64,000 nucleotides of DNA from Felis catus (lineage: Eukaryota): assembly GCF_018350175.1 (NCBI RefSeq), contig NC_058383.1:10480001-10544000 (forward strand). The letters run 5' to 3'. Position numbers and translations under genes: made by a program. The first letter of the stretch is position 1. Every line of letters starts with the position of its first letter. Under the pieces are notes generated by a model, which did not search any database, was not told the origin of the DNA, and worked only from the letters and a program-made list of their open reading frames with translations. Below, piece after piece: positions 61,800 through 64,000 of this stretch.

Positions 61800-63930
61800 T
61801 ATCTCTCTTTTGATATTTTCTACTTGATGAGTGACTATCATACTTTCCTTTCATCCTTTATGTGTTCCTTTAGTTCTTTGAACATATTTGTCATTGCTTT
61901 GTCAGTACTAAGTCCAGCATCTGGGCCCCCCTCCAACTCAAGTTCCTAGTTACTGCTTTTCTCCCTGTGTTTGGGCTATTCTCCTGTTTCTCTGCACATC
62001 ACTCACACAGAGTTAGTGTGTCAGCTCTGCCGTGTATTTGCTGTATGATCTAGAGCAAGTGACTTCATCTCTCTGAGCCTTATTTTCCCCGAATGCGAGC
62101 TAGAAACTCCTCTGTGGGGAGGATTAAATGAGATCTGTCTTGTAATTTTCTGTCGAAGATGGGACATCTTAGATAATGTATTTCAGGCTTCTGAGCTCCC
62201 AGAGGTGCTGATTGTAGATTTCGTCATTATTGTAGTCTGGTTGGTCATTTGGTGACTTGCCTGGACTAGTTCTGTATGTTTTGTCTTCCCCGCAGTGTGG
62301 GACAACCGAAGCCTCTGTTCAGTTTGCTTGCTTGTTTTGGTTCTTATTTTTGTTTTTAAACCAGCCTTCCTAGGGACCACTCCTGGCTCAGCACAGCTTA
62401 GTGGCCAGTCATTAGTTGGTCAGAAGTTTTCCTTAAATACCTTGAAGGAGCGCCCTCTTTCTGCCCTTTGCCAACCGGACCTTAGAGTGTGGGCTGGGGA
62501 ACACAAAAGTCAGGCAGGCTGCAAGTCTGACTTGGAGTTTACTTTCTGCCTCATAGGCCCTCGTGGTCAGCCAGGGATCCAGGGTTGAGTCCTCTCCTAC
62601 ATGTACACGCAGCTCTTAGTGTGTGTGTGCTTCCGGATCCCCAGGAATACGCTGGTGCTTCCCAAAGTCCCCCATGGCTATCTTGTGCCCCAGATCTTCT
62701 TAAAATTTTGGCTGGTCGCTTGCTTGTCCCAAATGGCATTGAAGCCTTAGGTGGCCATGACACTGGCCTTCCCCCAATGCTTTGCCACTAATTGATATTA
62801 TTTTCAACATCACCTCTCAATTATGAATTTTTTTTTTTTTTTTGCAGAGCTCCGAAATCAGGTCAGCCCCTCCAGCAGCAGGAAGGCGGCCAATTCTCGT
62901 GGCTACCGTGTCCTGGCCTTTGGGGGTGGGGGAAGGGAAACAGGAGTCACCTGGTAATACAATGTCACAGACGCCATTGGTATTACTGAGGCTGCCAAGT
63001 GTTTTGTTGAATTGCCTTTCAATTTGCTGTCTGCCTTTGGTTAACTTCCCGAGTGCTGAAATGGTTGTTTTTGATCATTTTACCCATTCTTACCATTGCT
63101 TTTTTGAGCCAAGACCTTTGCCAAGATCTTGCTTCCGTCACCTGCCCTCATTCCTCACTCCTTTGTATGAGTACAAGTTTCTTCTTCCTGAAGTACATCA
63201 TTAGCAATTCTTCCTGAAAGGATCTGGGAGAGACAAAATGCTTTTTTATACCTTTTTCTGAATTTTATTACTGTGGGAATCTACATGGACCTATTTTTCA
63301 TTGTTTAGGATTCACAGTGGTCCTCATTTCTTGAGAATCATGGTTCAACAATTCCAGCAAACCCTTAGCCATTCTATCTTGGGCTATTACCTCTACCTCA
63401 TCTCTCTGAACTATACTCTTTCCGGAAACTCTATTAGATAGATGTTGAATATTCTGGTTCTATTGTCTGTGTCTTCTAACTTCTTTTTCTTTTTTTTTTT
63501 TAATTAAAAAAAAAATCTTTTTAATGTTTATTTAGTCTTGAGTCAGAGAGAGACAGAGCATGAATGGGGAGGGTCGGAGAGAGAGGGAGACACAGAATCT
63601 GAAGCAGGCTCCAGGCTCCGAGCTGTCAGCACAGAGCCCAACACGGGGCTCGAACTCACAGACTGTGATATCATGACCTGAGCCGAGGTAAGACAATTAA
63701 CCGACTGAGCCACTCAGGTGCCCCTCCTAACTTCTTTTTCATATTTCTTTCATCATTTCAGCTCTCTGTACTTGTTGAAATCTCGTATTACCGTTCTCTG
63801 ATCCTCTCTTCTACGGTGTTCAGTCTGCTGTTCAATCCATGTTTTGAGGGCTTTATTATGATCTTTGTTTTAATTACTACATTTTTCATTTTTAGAAACT
63901 CTACTTGGTTCTTTGTCATATACAAAGGAT
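61800..63930 (-). mobile_element. Old L1 5'/ORF1-like sequence with an inserted CAN-SINE (63490-63725)
   Basis: T-rich L1 antisense motifs (ttcagtctgctgttcaatccat...ttttagaaactct); SINE consensus. Confidence 0.6.
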
Positions 63931-64000
63931 TTTTTTAAATAAAGATTTTATTTTTAAGCAATCTCTATACCCAATGTGGGTCTAGAGCTCACAACCCAGA

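Noticed and set aside
46400..64000. Exons of the next syntenic gene (EIF4H in human order)
   Set aside because: No CpG island or recognisable exons; presumably beyond the window

Overview
Mammalian genomic DNA, very probably a cat or other felid, judged by the dense tRNA-derived carnivore SINEs (CAN-SINE/SINEC_Fc type). The window is the ELN-LIMK1 part of the region orthologous to the human Williams-Beuren interval. Positions 149-11181 (+) carry tropoelastin (ELN) exons 21-36 in conventional numbering, including exons 34 and 35 that human lacks, plus the 3'UTR. A nested-repeat intergenic block follows. A CpG island at about 19.85-21.0 kb precedes the complete 16-exon LIMK1 gene (+, CDS 20473-44767); the exon lengths sum to 1944 nt, i.e. 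647 aa plus stop. LIMK1 also has an alternative first coding exon in intron 2 and a G-rich minisatellite just past its poly(A) signal. From about 46.3 kb the sequence is AT-rich and dominated by L1, SINE and LTR fragments, and it holds a frameshifted processed pseudogene of MRPL42 (-). Almost all ORFs in the supplied track are spurious. I found no convincing new gene or biological system. The most interesting signals are in ELN: a near-perfect 50-bp direct repeat in introns 21 and 23, a GC splice donor on exon 32, a remodelled exon 24 repeat, and several lineage-specific splice-site changes. Comparisons with human and repeat-family names come from memory and need alignment or RepeatMasker confirmation.
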